NCBI RefSeq assembly: GCF_963921235.1
Contig: NC_086097.1
Location: 165,356,001-165,420,000, forward strand
Length of the DNA: 64,000 nucleotides
DNA from: Mobula hypostoma
Taxonomy: Eukaryota
Reading direction: 5' to 3'
Under the pieces are notes generated by a model. That model was not told where the DNA came from, ran no database searches, and saw only the letters and a list, made by a program, of their open reading frames with translations. Every line of letters begins with the position of its first letter. Within the stretch, counting starts at the first letter, position 1. A program made the position numbers and the translations under genes. Positions 1 to 13,419 of this stretch are shown in pieces.

Positions 1-907
1 TATTGGAATAGAGGGATATAGATCATGTGCAAGAAATAAGTTTAATTTAACAGGTGGATGTAGAAAGAGTATTTACACTTGTTGAAAATTTAGAATTTGG
101 AACTGACTTCCCTGTATAAACCCACGTCATCTCATTAAATTACTGCAAGAAGTTGCTAAGACAGGGACACAAAAGTGGACCACATTGTATTAAAAGCTTT
201 TGTGCCATTTAACTTGGCTTTGGTTGGATAGTATTTTATCGTTATTTACCTGCCTTAAATTTTATTCATTATCTAAGAACCTTTATTTAAGTTGTATGAG
301 AATCTTCAGCCTTTCTCAGGACCAAAAGAAAAATCCACATTTCCACAACCCATTGGGAAAACTACATCCTAATTTTCTTCCAAGATGACTGAGTTATCTT
401 AAAATTATATGCCCTCACTCTTCTTCAAAGCTAGTGATATTTAGATCCTCTCTCCCCATTGCCCTACCTCCTCTATCCCCCAACACCTCTCCCTCTCCCT
501 GTATCATCCCTCCCCCTTTCCCTGACACTAATATAATACACATTCATGGAATTTGTCATTATGTTCATCCCATGAGCATGGTATTATTTTTAAGAAAATT
601 TGTAGTGCATCACTCCACGTCAAAATGTTGTGAGGTGCCATAAAAACTGAGCTTCTGAATAGCATGGTGTGAAAAACTTCCTGAATTACATACAACTTTC
701 CTCTTTGGAATGATAAGTTCCTTCCTTTTTTAACCCAGCCCTCTTGAAATGATGGTATCTTTTTGGAACTGGTGATTATTTTTCATTTGTCATGAGTGTT
801 TTTCATTCATTGCATTTTTTTAGATCATGTATTCATAAATTTTTAATGCTGTCAAATAAGCCTTGTGTATGATGTTTTTAGGATATTACATAACTTTGCT
901 CTTTTAA

Positions 908-1120
<213 letters not shown>

Positions 1121-1296
1121 TAAATCTGGGCTCTTGAGCAAAATTTCTAACGAGCTTATATGTTCTATGCTTAGATAGTACAGTCAGAATGCAAAGCTAT
1201 TTTGCTTTGTATAAGCAAACATGATTTCCTATGAAAATATACGGATACTTTCAGACAGGAATTTAACTAAAAGTGATTCAAATAAGCAAATGTTTC

Positions 1297-1588
1297 TCTT
1301 TATTTATTTTTATTGAGATACAGTGCAGAATAGGTCCTTCCGGCCCTTCGAGCCGTGCCGCTCGGAACCCCTGGTTTAACCCTAGCCTAACCACGGGACA
1401 ACTTACAATGACCAATTAACCTATCAACTGGTACATCTTTGGACTATGGGAGGAAACCAGAGCATACAGAGGAAACTCACACTGTCATGGGGCAAACATA
1501 CAAACTCCTTACAGACAGTGGCGGGAATTGAACTCTGGTCACTGGTACTGTAAAGTATTGTGCCAACTACTACGCTACTGTGCTGTCC
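1297..1588 (-). mobile_element. tRNA-derived SINE (HE1/V-SINE-like)
   Basis: The minus strand has A-box-like TAGCGTAGTAG and B-box-like GAGTTCAATTCC, a V-SINE-like body (gtaaggagtttgtatgtt...) and an A-rich tail. Confidence 0.7.
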
Positions 1589-2981
1589 TATAAAACAGTA
1601 TGCTTGCCAAATTAGATATTCTGCATGATATCCTGCGTATTAATACTGAGTATACATGTCAATGTGAATAGGAATCTTTCATGTTTGCTTTGACTTTCTA
1701 TCTAATTTTCTTCCCTTTGTTAAACTGCTTATTCTGTCATAGACATACTGTCATTAAGCAGCTGTTGCACTGGTTTGGAAATGAATTGCTAGTTGAAGTT
1801 ATTTGTCTTAACCGACTGATGAAAATTACTATGTCATATCTTAAAGTTTGAGCTATGGAATTCACACTCATAATGAATCAGCAGTTTCAATAGCTAGAAT
1901 TTAATCGATATTTTATCAACCAACCATTTTTTGTGAGAACGCTGATTTATTCCAATTACTGTATGTTTCCTGAAGTGAGATTTTATTCCTAATGTGAGCT
2001 TTCATTTCATAAATTTTTGATCTCTATCATCAGATGACTGCAATGTGGAAGGGATATCCAGTTTCATTTATTGTCGTCATTTTAAAAGGCAGACTGTAGC
2101 TCAATTTAAACAGAAGCTTAGAAAACAGTGGTCTGATTTGAATAATCCTTCAGAAAGGGCTAGAAAACAGAGATTCACACAAACAACTGGAAAATAATTG
2201 AATCTTAAATACTTTCAGCTTAACTTCTTCCACCTGTGTATTTCACTGACCACTTGAAATTAGCTGAGTCAGTGATTTACAAAAGTAAGATATGAATCTA
2301 GTCTGTTAAACATCTTTTTCATTCTGCTGAGTTAATGAAGTAAATTAATAAATAAATCAATACCTGTACCAGGCTGGAAGTCCAAGAAGAGTTGATTCGT
2401 CATATATGCTGGGAAAACACTGATCCTTTTCCAAGTGAAATAAAGTACACTATGTTGGCCTACTCAAGTTACCCTATTATTAAAAGCTTGTGGTAATTTG
2501 GATGGTAAAAGAATAGATTCCCTATATAATTGATAACACTTCATCTGTGCTATGTAATTAGGGGTGTGGAGGGATACTGCCTTTTCCTGAATTTGTATAT
2601 CCATCTCTTTCATTGTCCCTTAATCTCTTATAATATTGATTCTTCCTTAGTCTGGCTTGATTCCAAATGCAAGTTCTTTATAGTACATGGGTCCTTTTTC
2701 AAGGGAGAGTCTGGGTGGAAATGCTATTTTGTATTTTCACACTTTATATTGGGCATACTTTCTCCTTGCCTTGTCAAATTCCAGTCTAACTTTGAGGAAA
2801 TTATGTTCTTTTAGCTTCTATCTCTCAGCTGATTATGAACCTGTTTACCATACAAAGCAGCCAAATCTCTCTTTTAGTATTCAATTTATGAATTTGATTT
2901 GTTTTAATTTTACAATACTTTTGTATTATTTTCTGTGCCTGTTTGCACTTCTGTCCCCAAGTCAATTAAAATGTAGTAAAC

Positions 2982-3855
2982 TTTATTTATTTTATTTTTA
3001 TTTGGATAAGGAATTCACAAGTATCGTGTACTTTTTTCACATGTATAACCTTTTCCATTTTTTTATATGTATAAAACTATAATTATTTATACATTCTTAA
3101 GTACACATTGAGATGATATAAAAAGAAATTAGACACTTAAATAGATAATTATGTACAGTAGAAATTCTAATCTATTAGGCTAAGTAATGGTATTAATTGT
3201 TAAGAAAAGTAGTAATAGTAGTGGATTAGTAATAGTTTCCATACATCTCTTCTGGATCACTTCTTCTGGTCCAAAATGTTGTATGTAAGCCTATGTAACA
3301 ACCATTGTAGGTGTTTATATCCTAACTTGTTCATGCTTGCTCCTGCCCCCAAACATAATTATCCGATCCCTATGTACTTATTTACTTAATTTTATCATTT
3401 TTTATCCCTTACCCAAATCTTTTCCTTTACTTGTATTAATTCTCGATTTTCCAAACAAAAAAAAGACAAAAACAGTAAACATTTAGACTAGGGGTGCTTA
3501 CATTAGCAATATTACTGTGTTGATGAGAAGAGCAGTATAAATCATTAGGAGATTCATCTAAAGTCTGCTCGCATTGGGGTTATATATTCAATCCATTTAT
3601 TCCAAATTTGATAAAATTTTTCTTTTTGAATTCTCAGGAAGTAAGTCAACTTTTCCATTTTAAATATTTCCAAGATAATTTCGTCCCAGTCTTCTAATGT
3701 AGGTGATATTGGATTTAGCCACTTTCTAGTGATTGATTTCTTACTTGCCGCTAAAAGGGCCTGCAGCAACTTTATGTCTTCCTTCTGTTCAAGAAACAAT
3801 ACATGCCCCAAATAGAGCATCTCAAAGTTCAGAGGTATCTGGGTCCTAATCAATG
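2982..3855 (-). mobile_element. 5'-truncated L1-clade LINE: ORF2 C-terminus, 3' UTR and poly(A)
   Basis: ORF 3554-3883 (AASKKSITRKWLNPISPTLEDW...EKLTY...FYQIWNKW) resembles fish L1 ORF2 C-termini. The T-rich tract at ~2982-3003 is the poly(A) tail on the minus strand. Confidence 0.75.
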
Positions 3856-4932
3856 CCAGAACATGTAAACCTTTTGAAGACATTTCACCTTTTTAATTTA
3901 TTTGACTTAATATTTGATAGAGGAACAGCAGGGTTATTGTGGCTTTTATTGCTTCAGCATCCCATAAATTTGACTTTGCAGGATTGTATGGGGTCCTATG
4001 AAAGATATTTCCTAGAAACTAACTTGTCTCATTAATCTACTCAAGGCATGTTTTGTGCTCAGATTATCCATGTTGGCTTCACAGTATCCAGTAATGCTAA
4101 TTACTTTCCTCCAATATAATACTGTTGTGGTAAACTTCGTTTGCATGGTAATATTGAATAAATGAGGAATAACTACATAGATTACTAACTAGCAGTTCAG
4201 TCTTGCTCATTATTTTATCAGTCTTCACATACAAAGTTTGTGTATTTCTTTCTAACCTGTGGCAACATGAACTATTATCAATAATCTTGTTTTGTCTGAG
4301 GAAACCCTATTTTTATATTATAAGAACATAACCAATCAAAGTAAGAAGAGGCCATTTGACCTCTCATTCCCTCTAAATCATTTATAAGATCATGTCTGGT
4401 CTTCAACTGCCATGCCACTTCGCTACACTTGCCCCATATTCCTTAATTCCCTCTGCAAGATTTTATCTGTGTCTTGAATAAACTTGGCAGTAGACCCACT
4501 ACAACCTCTTAGTAGAGAATTCTAAAGATTCATTCTTCTATGAAATTTCTTCCCATTTCAGATCTTAGTCAGTGACCCCTTATTTTAATACTGACACCTG
4601 GGCCTAAACACTTCGCAAGGGAAATCTATCTTAACATGCCTCAATGAGGTGATCCCTCCTTTTTCTAAAATACAAAGAGTATAGGCTCTGTCTGCTTAAT
4701 CTTTTCTCATTGGACATTCCCCACAATTCAATGTAGTGAATCTCAAGTGTACTTTCTGTATTATAATTAATTTATCTTTCAGTAGGGAAACTAAACCACA
4801 TTTCCAATCTTAATGAATTGGGTCAGACTATTGGTCTCACAGGCTTGAACTGCTGCTGTATTAATAGTAATGAATTAGCCGAGTTACTCATGAATAATTT
4901 GAAATACAAAGAGACGATGTTTTTGAAGCGCA

Positions 4933-5900
4933 GACATGAGGAAATCTGCAGGTGCTGGAAATTCAAGCAACGCACACACAAAATGCTGGTGAACGCAGCA
5001 GGCCAGGCAGCATCTATAGGAAGAGGTACAGTCGATGTTTCGGGCTGGGACCCTTTGTCAGGACTAACTGAAAGAAGAGATAGTAAGAGATTTGAAGGGG
5101 GGGGGAGATCCGAAATGATAGGAGAAGACAGGAGGGGGAGGGGTGGATCTAAGAGCTGGAGAAGGTAGAGGATCATGGGACGGGAAGCCTGGGGAGAAAG
5201 AGAAGTGGGGAGGGGAGCCTGGAGGGTGGAGAGCAGGCAATGAGTTATAGTGAGAGAGACAGAGGGAGAAAAAAGAGAGAGTGGAAAAAAGGGGGAATAT
5301 ATAAAAAAAATATTAAATAAATAAGGGATGGGGTGTGAAGGGGAGGAAGGACATTAACGGAAGTTAGAGATGTCAATATTCATGCCATCAGGTTGGAGGC
5401 TACCCAGACAGAATATAAGGTATTGTTCCTCCAACCTGAGTGTGGCTTCATCTTGACAGTAGAGGAGGCTGTGGATAGACATAACAGAATGGGAATGGGT
5501 CATGGAATTAAAATGTGTGGCCACTGGGAGATCTTGCTTTCTCTGGCGGACAGAGCGTAGATGTTCAGCAAAACGGTCTCCCATCCTGCATCGGGTCTCG
5601 CCAATATATAGAAGGCCGCACTGGGAGCACCAGACACAGTACATCACCCCAGCTGACTCACAGGTGAAGTGTCGCCTCACCTGGAAGGACTGTTTGGGGC
5701 CCTGAATGGTGGTAAGGGAGGAAGTGTAAGGGCACGTGTAGCACTTGTTCTGCTTACAAGGATAAGTGCCAGGAGGGAGATCGGTGGGAAGGGATGGGGG
5801 GGGAACGAATGGACAAGGGAGTTGTGTAGGGAGCGATCCCTGCGGAATGCAGGGGGGGGGGAGGGAAAGATGTGCTTGGTGGTGGGATCCCGTTGGGGGT
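4933..5900 (-). mobile_element. Penelope-like element 3' part: GIY-YIG endonuclease and 3' UTR with a degenerate hammerhead
   Basis: ORF 5354-5995 contains CYTC...GVMYCVWCSQCGLLYIGET...RFAEH...HFN...E..LIF.LGSLQPDGMN. Hammerhead-like AGTC-CTGACAA...GAAACATC-GACT at 5029-5065 (-). Confidence 0.85.
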
Positions 5901-6299
5901 AAATTTTCAACAGAGGATAGAGGAGGAAGGTTAAATTTCTTCCGAGTAATTCTGAAGTTGGTCAATTGTCTTGAACAGGCTGTCCTCACTGCCAACTTTT
6001 CATTGTAACCTTTTAAAGTAACTATATTTACATTATTTGTCTTTATTTGCTTTTTTCCATAAAGAGAAAATTATAGAAGGAATAACACCTTTTAAGGATG
6101 TAAGTTTAGGGACTTAATTCCTTTGTGCATTGAGAATATTTGCCAAGCCAGATAGTAAAGTCTGAAAAATTCAACTTGTTTCTAATAAAACATAATCATT
6201 TGCAGAATGGTAGAATTAGCTGAGAACTGCAGCAACATTGCCAGTTCTGGCAACAAAAAATGGATAAACAGTCTTCCTTATACCGTTGAGACCTCAGGT

Positions 6300-6605
6300 T
6301 GGCACGGCAGTGAAGTGGTTAGCATAACACTTTACAGCACCCGCAATTAGTGATTGGGGTTCAGTTCTCTTCACAGTCTGTAAGGAGTTTGTATGTTCTC
6401 CCCGTGACCACGTGTGTTTCCACCGGGTGCTCCAACTTCCTCCTACATTCCAAAGAAGTTCGGGTTAGGGTTAACAAGTTTTGGTGCTGGAAGCATGTTG
6501 TTTGTTGCGGGCTGTCCCTAGCGTATCCTTAGACTGCATTGGTCAGTAACGCTAACAACATATTTCATTGCATATTTTGATGTAAATGTGACAAAGCTAA
6601 TCTTT
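6300..6605 (+). mobile_element. tRNA-derived SINE (HE1/V-SINE-like)
   Basis: ggcacggcagtgaagtggttagc head and ctgtaaggagtttgtatgttctccccgtgacc body, shared with 1297-1588. Confidence 0.65.
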
Positions 6606-7690
6606 AAAACTGGAACTTGTAATCAAACATAAATGCACACGTCTGCAGAGCAAACTTGACTATATCTGAAGTTAAAGCATTATTCCACTCTTCATTGCAA
6701 TTTTTAATGATAGATTGGTCACATCTTCCATATAGTCATAATAAATCTGACTGTGATTGAGTCTTTTGGCTAGTTATTGAATCAGTTATTGAATCTCCTA
6801 CCTCTGTAGTAGGAGATGCGAGGTCATGCAAATCAACAACTGAGGCCTCAAAAAGTTGTATTTATTTTGTTTAAAATGAGCTGCTAAGAGGCATGCTGCA
6901 AGGGATTCAACACTCCTAAACTTGAGTGTATTGAAGTGTGGAATGGAGTTGGCTAGGGTAAATATAAAATATAAAATTTTGAGGAGTTAACTTCCTAATT
7001 TAATCTGAAAGACAGAATGTAATATTTCATTTATACAAAACATTTAACTTGTGCAATTGGCTTTTTGTCAAAAGTGCCTTAGGATATTTTGTTGCATTAG
7101 TTTCATTACATTTTAATGGAAATTTGTGTTGCTAACCAATATTTACAGTAGAAACCTCATACTAATTTGCAGACATTACCAAATTGGAATTGTTAAATAT
7201 GGGCCTGTAATTTGGGAACTACAAGTGGCAGTTATAGACATTGTAAGTAGGATAGTAGCAGATAAAACTTAATATGGGCAAATGAGAGATACTACACAAA
7301 AAAGTAAACAAGTCAGCAAAGAAAATTCTCCACTGAATGATTATCATTTTTTTGATTCAGATAAAGTGCTTTGCCGTATCCACCTTAGCAAACACTGAGC
7401 TATGGCCAAATCTTAAACCCTAAAAGTTGAAGAAAGCCATGCTGTGTTCGTTCTGACCTTGAGAACTGCATCTGTTTCTGTTAACTGGGAAATGGAGCCA
7501 TATGTTATGCTCCAGCACCAATTTACAGGAGACTATATTCCTGGTGTCAAGGTTAAGTTGAAATCAAAATCTGATCAAGCATAGCCTTCTCAGCCTTAAA
7601 TAAAAGTGACTAAAAGATAATATAAATGTTTGCAAGATTAAAATTTTACTATGTAGAAAGGAAGAACCAGAATATTGCTTCAAACTACTC

Positions 7691-7818
7691 CTGACGAAGG
7701 GTCTCGGCCTGAAACGTCGACTGCGCCTCTTCCTACAGATGCTGCCTGGCCTGCTGCGTTCACCAGCAACTTTGATGTGTGTTGCTTGAATTTCCAGCAT
7801 CTGCAGAATTCCTGTTGT
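7691..7818 (+). mobile_element. 128-bp Penelope-derived insertion beginning at a minimal hammerhead core, with a 16-bp TSD
   Basis: CTGACGA-AGGGTCTCGGCCT-GAAACGTC-GACTG; TTGCTTCAAACTACTC duplicated at 7675-7690 and 7819-7834. Confidence 0.85.
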
Positions 7819-9056
7819 TTGCTTCAAACTACTCAATGTTTATAGCAGGAGAAGACACACGTTCAAACTTGTAAAGGGTGGAATTGACTAATTTTGCAAA
7901 ATCCTTCCAGAAAATGATCAATAAATAAATTTTGATACAGTTAAAGCGGCGAATATATATTCCCTAATATGCCTTTATTCAAATAAGATGCTAAATTGGC
8001 TTTTGCTGATTATCGATAACCTGAGGCAGGAACACTTTGAACTGTCATACTTCCAAAGAAAAACTGTATCATGGCCAGAAAATGAAAATTCTCGCAATTT
8101 TTTATGCTATTGGAATTTAAATAAAATAATACTGGTATTAAAATTACTGTAAGATTTGCTGATGCAATAGTAAGAAACAGTATAACTAGTATTAATATAG
8201 TGTCTTTTATCATGCCCAGTTTAATCACAGCAATTAAAAGTTATATAGGAACATACATACACAAATCCTCCCTTACAATAAGATCTCCTTACACTATGTA
8301 AATTAAGTAAACTGTTACTAATAATTTCACTTTGATTGTGATGAGCCTGAAATTGGTCAAAGCTCTAACTGCAGTGGAATGAATATCTTTCAAAGGCCTG
8401 TCAGATAGAAATGCTGAATGGGTCTTTTGATTCAGGAAGGAATTCCTCTGACATCATTGTTCTTTTTCGAGCAATGCAGTATGAAGTATGATAATTGCAA
8501 ATAAGTGTGTTCTCATTTACCAAATTGGCTTTCGTTGGGACCATATATTGATTGATAAAGAACTGCTGTTATAATTGGGATCATCGCATCAAATCACTGA
8601 GTTCCTCTAGCAGATCCAGTAGCTCCAGCGTCCAACATCTGTATTCTCCCGTGTCTCTTTCCACTGTTCCCACTGTCCCAGTTTTACCATAATGCTGATA
8701 CAGTTTGAAATTTACAACTAATAAGAAAATAATGAATCTCTGGAATTTTTTCTCTAAGGCAGTAGAGGGCAGATCATTAGGCATCTTTAAGATGAAGATA
8801 GATACATACTTGATGATAATCCATGTGATGGGAATTAAAAGTGATATAAAAATACACATGACCACAATAATTCAAGAAGACAGTAGCACTGCAATTCCAT
8901 TCTCTGATTTGTTTCACCAAGACGCTGTACCGTCACATAGCTGATGTGGTGTGGTGCACTTGGACCATTAGGTGGTCTGTAAAAATTCTCATGTCAGAAT
9001 CTTGTGTGCACAATTTAGCGAAGTGAGATAGTGGTAAAATGACTGTCTGGAGTGGT

Positions 9057-9150
9057 TGACGAAGGGTCTCGGCCTGAAACGTTGACTGTACCTCTTCCTA
9101 GAGATGCTGCCTGGCCTGCTGCGTTCACCAGCAACTTTGATGTGTGTTGC
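9057..9150 (+). mobile_element. ~95-bp Penelope-derived hammerhead-containing insertion with TSD
   Basis: TGACGAAGGGTCTCGGCCTGAAACGTTGACTG...; CTGGAGTG duplicated at 9047-9054 and 9151-9158; nearly identical to 7691-7790. Confidence 0.8.
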
Positions 9151-9619
9151 CTGGAGTGATAGTTGTTTGACAGGCAAAGAAAGAGAGGGGAGGAATATTG
9201 GAATATTTGTGGTGTAAGTGTTTGTCAGTGAGGTACGGCAAGAGTCATTTCTTATGGCCCTGGTTAATTACAGTCAGTGAGATAGTCAGTGTTTTGCCTG
9301 GGGGTACTGAATGCAAGATTACTGAACATGTGAACCAAAAACTTAGTGGAATTGTGAGTTCTGAAGAGGATGCAAGGAGATTGCAGAGTGATTTAGACAA
9401 GATGCAGGAATTGACAAATACATGACACGTGCAGTATCTGGTTGCACAGCATCATATGCTTGGAGGGTCTGTACTGTGCTGTACTGTTCTATGTTCTACA
9501 TGCAGTCTTGATAGTGCTTGGAGAAAACTAAAGAGGGATGTCAGAGGTATAGTTTTTTTTTCCCCAAACAGATTGTGATAGGTGTGTGGAATTCCCTGCC
9601 AGGGTGCAATTAGGGACAT

Positions 9620-10882
9620 CACAAGATCACAAGATAAAGGAGCAGAAGTAGGCCATTCAGCCCATCGAGTCTGCTCCGTGACTCCTCCATGAGCTAAACT
9701 ATTCTCCCATCTAGTTCCATTTTCTGGCTTTTTCCCCATATCCCTTGATACCCTGACTAATTAGATACCTATCAATCTCCTTAAACACTCTCAATGATCA
9801 GGCTTCCACAGCTGTATGTGGCAACGAACTCCATAGATCCTCGACCCTCTGGCTAAAAAAATTTCTCCTCATCTCTGTTTTAATTTGGTACCCTCTAATT
9901 CTAAGACTGTGGCCTCTTGTCCTGGACTCACCCACCAAGGGAAACAACCTTTCCACATCTATTCTGTCCAACCTTTTCAACATTCGAAATGTTTCTATGA
10001 AATGCCCTCTCATTCTTCTATACTCTAATGAATACAGTCCAAGAGCCGACAAACACTCCTCATATGTTAGCCTCTGCATTCCAGGAACCATCCTCATAAA
10101 TCTTCTCTGAACTCTCTCCAACATCAGTACATCCCTTCTAAGATAGGGGGCCAAAAACTGCACACAGTATTCCAAATGAGGTCTCTCCAGTGCCCCATAG
10201 AGCCTCATCAACACCTCCTTACTCTTATACACTATTCCTCTTGAAATGAATGCCAACATAGCATTCACTTTCCTTACCGCCGATCCAGCTTGGTAGTTAT
10301 CCTGCATGAGGACCCCCCCCAAGTCCCTTGGCACTTCCGATTTTTGAATTTTCTCCCCAACTAAATAATAATCTGCCCGATTATTTCTTCTTTCAAAATG
10401 TACAACTGTACATTTCTCACCATTGTATCTCATCTGCCATTTCTTTGCCCACTCTCCTAAACTGACCAAATCTCTCTGCAACCTTTCCGTTTCTTCAACA
10501 CTTCTTGCTCCTCTACCTATCTTGGTGTCATCCGTAAACTTAGCCACAAAACCATGTAATCCAGAATCTAAATCATCGATATACATTGTAAAAAGAAGTG
10601 GCCCCAACACCGACCCCTGCGGAACACCACTAGTAACCGGCAACCAATCAGAATAGGATCTCTTTATTCACACCCTTTGCTTTCTGCCTATCAGCTAATG
10701 CTCCACCCATTCCAATATCTTTCCTTAATTCCATGGGCTCTCATCGTATTAAGCAGCCTCTTATGCAGCACCGTATCGAAGGCCTTTTGAAAATACAAAT
10801 ACACAACATCCACAGACTCTCCCTTGTCAATCTTATTTGAGATTACCTCAAAAAATTCCAATGGGTTGGTGAGGCAGGAAAT
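9620..10882 (-). mobile_element. CR1 LINE, 5'-truncated (RT C-terminal half and 3' UTR), inserted in an older + strand CR1 tail
   Basis: ORF 9798-10643 with VPQGSVLGPLLF, FTDDTK and RPHLEYCVQF. The host CR1 tail resumes at ~10883. Confidence 0.9.
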
Positions 10883-11025
10883 TCAGACATTTAGGAAACT
10901 CCTAGATAGGCACATGGAGGAAACAAAAATGAAGGGCTTTGTGAGAGAAAAAAGATGAATTGATCTTGGAGTAAGTTAAAAGGTCAGCACAATATTGTGG
11001 GCTGAAGGGCTCGTACTGTGCTGTA

Positions 11026-11137
11026 CCTTATTAGCCTGAAAATGGTCATCTCATTGGATCTCAGAGGCTAAGCAGGCTCAGGCCTGGTTAGTACTTGGAT
11101 GGGAGACAGCCTGAGAATACCAGATGCAAAAATAAAA
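11026..11137 (+). pseudogene. 5S rRNA retro-pseudogene with A-rich tail
   Basis: GATCTCAGAGGCTAAGCAGGCTCAGGCCTGGTTAGTACTTGGATGGGAGACAGCCTGAGAATACCAGATGC aligns to the 5S internal control region. Both 5S termini are missing, and AAAAATAAAA follows. Confidence 0.85.
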
Positions 11138-11154
11138 TTGTTCTGTGCTATTTT

Positions 11155-12050
11155 AGGTAGAGGGACAGGTAGTTTTAAAGAAGTAGAGAAGTTACAGAAG
11201 GCCTTAGACAGATTAGGAGAATGGGCAAAGAAGTGGCAAATGGAATACAGTGTCAAGAAGTGTGTGGTCATGCACTTTGGTAGAAGAAATCAAAGGGAAG
11301 ACTATTTTGTAAATGGAGAGAAAATTCAAAATACTGAGGGACTCGGGAGTCCTTGTGCAAGATTCCCTAATGGTTAACTTGCAGGTTGGGTCTGTGGTGA
11401 GGAAGGCAAATGCGATGTTAGGATTCATTTCAAGAGGACTAGAATGTAAAAGCAAAGACGTAACGTTGAGGTTTTATACAGCACAAGTAGGGCCTCGATC
11501 GGAGTATTATGAGGGGTTTTCGGCCCCTTATCTTAGAAAGGATTGCTGAAACTGGAGAGGGTTCAAGTTCACGGAAATGATTCCAGGATTGACTGTCTTG
11601 TCATATGAAGAGCGTTTGATGGCTCTGGGTTTGTATTCACTAGAATTTAGAAGAATGAGGGGTGACCTAATTGAAACTTATCAAATGGTGAAAGGCCTTG
11701 ATAGAGTGGACGTGGAGAGGATGTTTTCTATGGTGCGAGAGTCTGAGACTAGAGGACACAGCCTCAGAATAGAGGGGTGTCCTTTGAGAGCAGAGATGAG
11801 GAGGAATTTCTTTAGCCAAAAGAGTAGTGAATCTGTGGAATTCTTTGCCACAGGCAGCTGTGGAGGACAAGTTTTGATGTACATTTAAGGCAGAGGTTGA
11901 TAGATTCTTGACCACTCAGGACATGAAGGGATACATGGAGAAAGCAGGAGATTGGGGCTAAGGGGAAAATTGGATCAACTATGATGAAATGGTGCAGCAG
12001 GCTCAATGAGCCAAATTGCATAATTCTGCTCCTATATCTTATGGTCTTTT
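11155..12050 (+). mobile_element. CR1 LINE 3' fragment
   Basis: Frameshifted ORFs 11099-11888 (LDRLGEWAKKWQM, KANAMLGFISRG, RRMRGDLIE, RGHSL); tail ...cctatatcttatggtct. Confidence 0.88.
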
Positions 12051-13179
12051 AACAGTTGGAATATTACTTCCAATTTGAACAGCAGACTGTCAAACAGACA
12101 GTTGTACCATATTTAAAAAACCATGGTAAAGCATCTTTTGCCTTTTCCAAATGTAATGTCCTGATATATCATTCCCTCTTGTTCATCTTCAACTTTACTT
12201 TCTAACTTCCCAGGTCAACCATTATGAGAGCTCCTCTCAGTAAATTTGTTAAATATAGGACAATTGTTATTCTCTTGTCATTCATTTCTCTCTAATGTGA
12301 ATACATGAATGATTTCTTACCATTGCTGAAATAACAGATCAGGCCAGAGCACTATACATCCTCACTAGATTTTCCATGAATAATTCACATTTCATTGTGG
12401 AAGTCAACATGGAAACTATTGCACCTGTATCAACAATTCAAGCTCATCCTCAAGAAGAAGTGGTGAAATAAAGAGATTTATGTGCGATCAGCCTGAGCTG
12501 CTTTTGAATCTGGTTTCCAGAAGTGGCAGGATAGTGTATTCACTTGCAACAAAATTTAATTACTGGTATTTCATTTTCTAAAACTAATCTTTGCATTAGG
12601 AAGGCACTTTCAATTGTTTTGGCCAAAATTTGTTGTGCTCATATGCCTCTCTCTCTCCACGTTGTGAACTTCCTGTGTTACCTTTCTGCTTTGATTCTAT
12701 TTTCTTATTGATTATCCAAAATTAGTAACTTACATAAATTTACATACAGTTCAGTTCTTCAACAATTATATTGGTTTTGAAAAGGTCTTTTGTGAAATTT
12801 CATTTATTTTCTAAACAGTTGGTTAATAGTGCCGTATGATTTCTTTTTTTGATTTTAATTAAGTGGAAGAATGTAGTATCACAGGAATTGATGTCAATGA
12901 ATTATGGTTTACATTTTCTACTTTTCACTGAATTTTCAGTCTCAGATAGTTTTGGAGTAGTATTGATGGATATATTACCCATTATTCTGACCAATGGTAC
13001 TCTAGATGTAGGGGGAAGAAATCTGGGAAGATGAAGCAAAAAATTTGAAATATTTTAAGAAAATGCCATCATATCCATGCTGCTGCCTTTTCTGCACCTC
13101 ATGTTGGAACTCAAGCCTACCTGTAAAACTAATCTTGCAATTGAACAATTTGTTACATTGGCACCCTTTACAACATTAA

Positions 13180-13419
<240 letters not shown>

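Noticed and set aside
1500..1588. tRNA gene (also at ~6300 and ~31625)
   Set aside because: Only A/B-box-like heads fused to SINE bodies; no cloverleaf.
11026..11137. Functional 5S rRNA gene
   Set aside because: The terminal helix and oligo-T terminator are missing, there are many substitutions and an A-rich tail, and it is a solitary copy.
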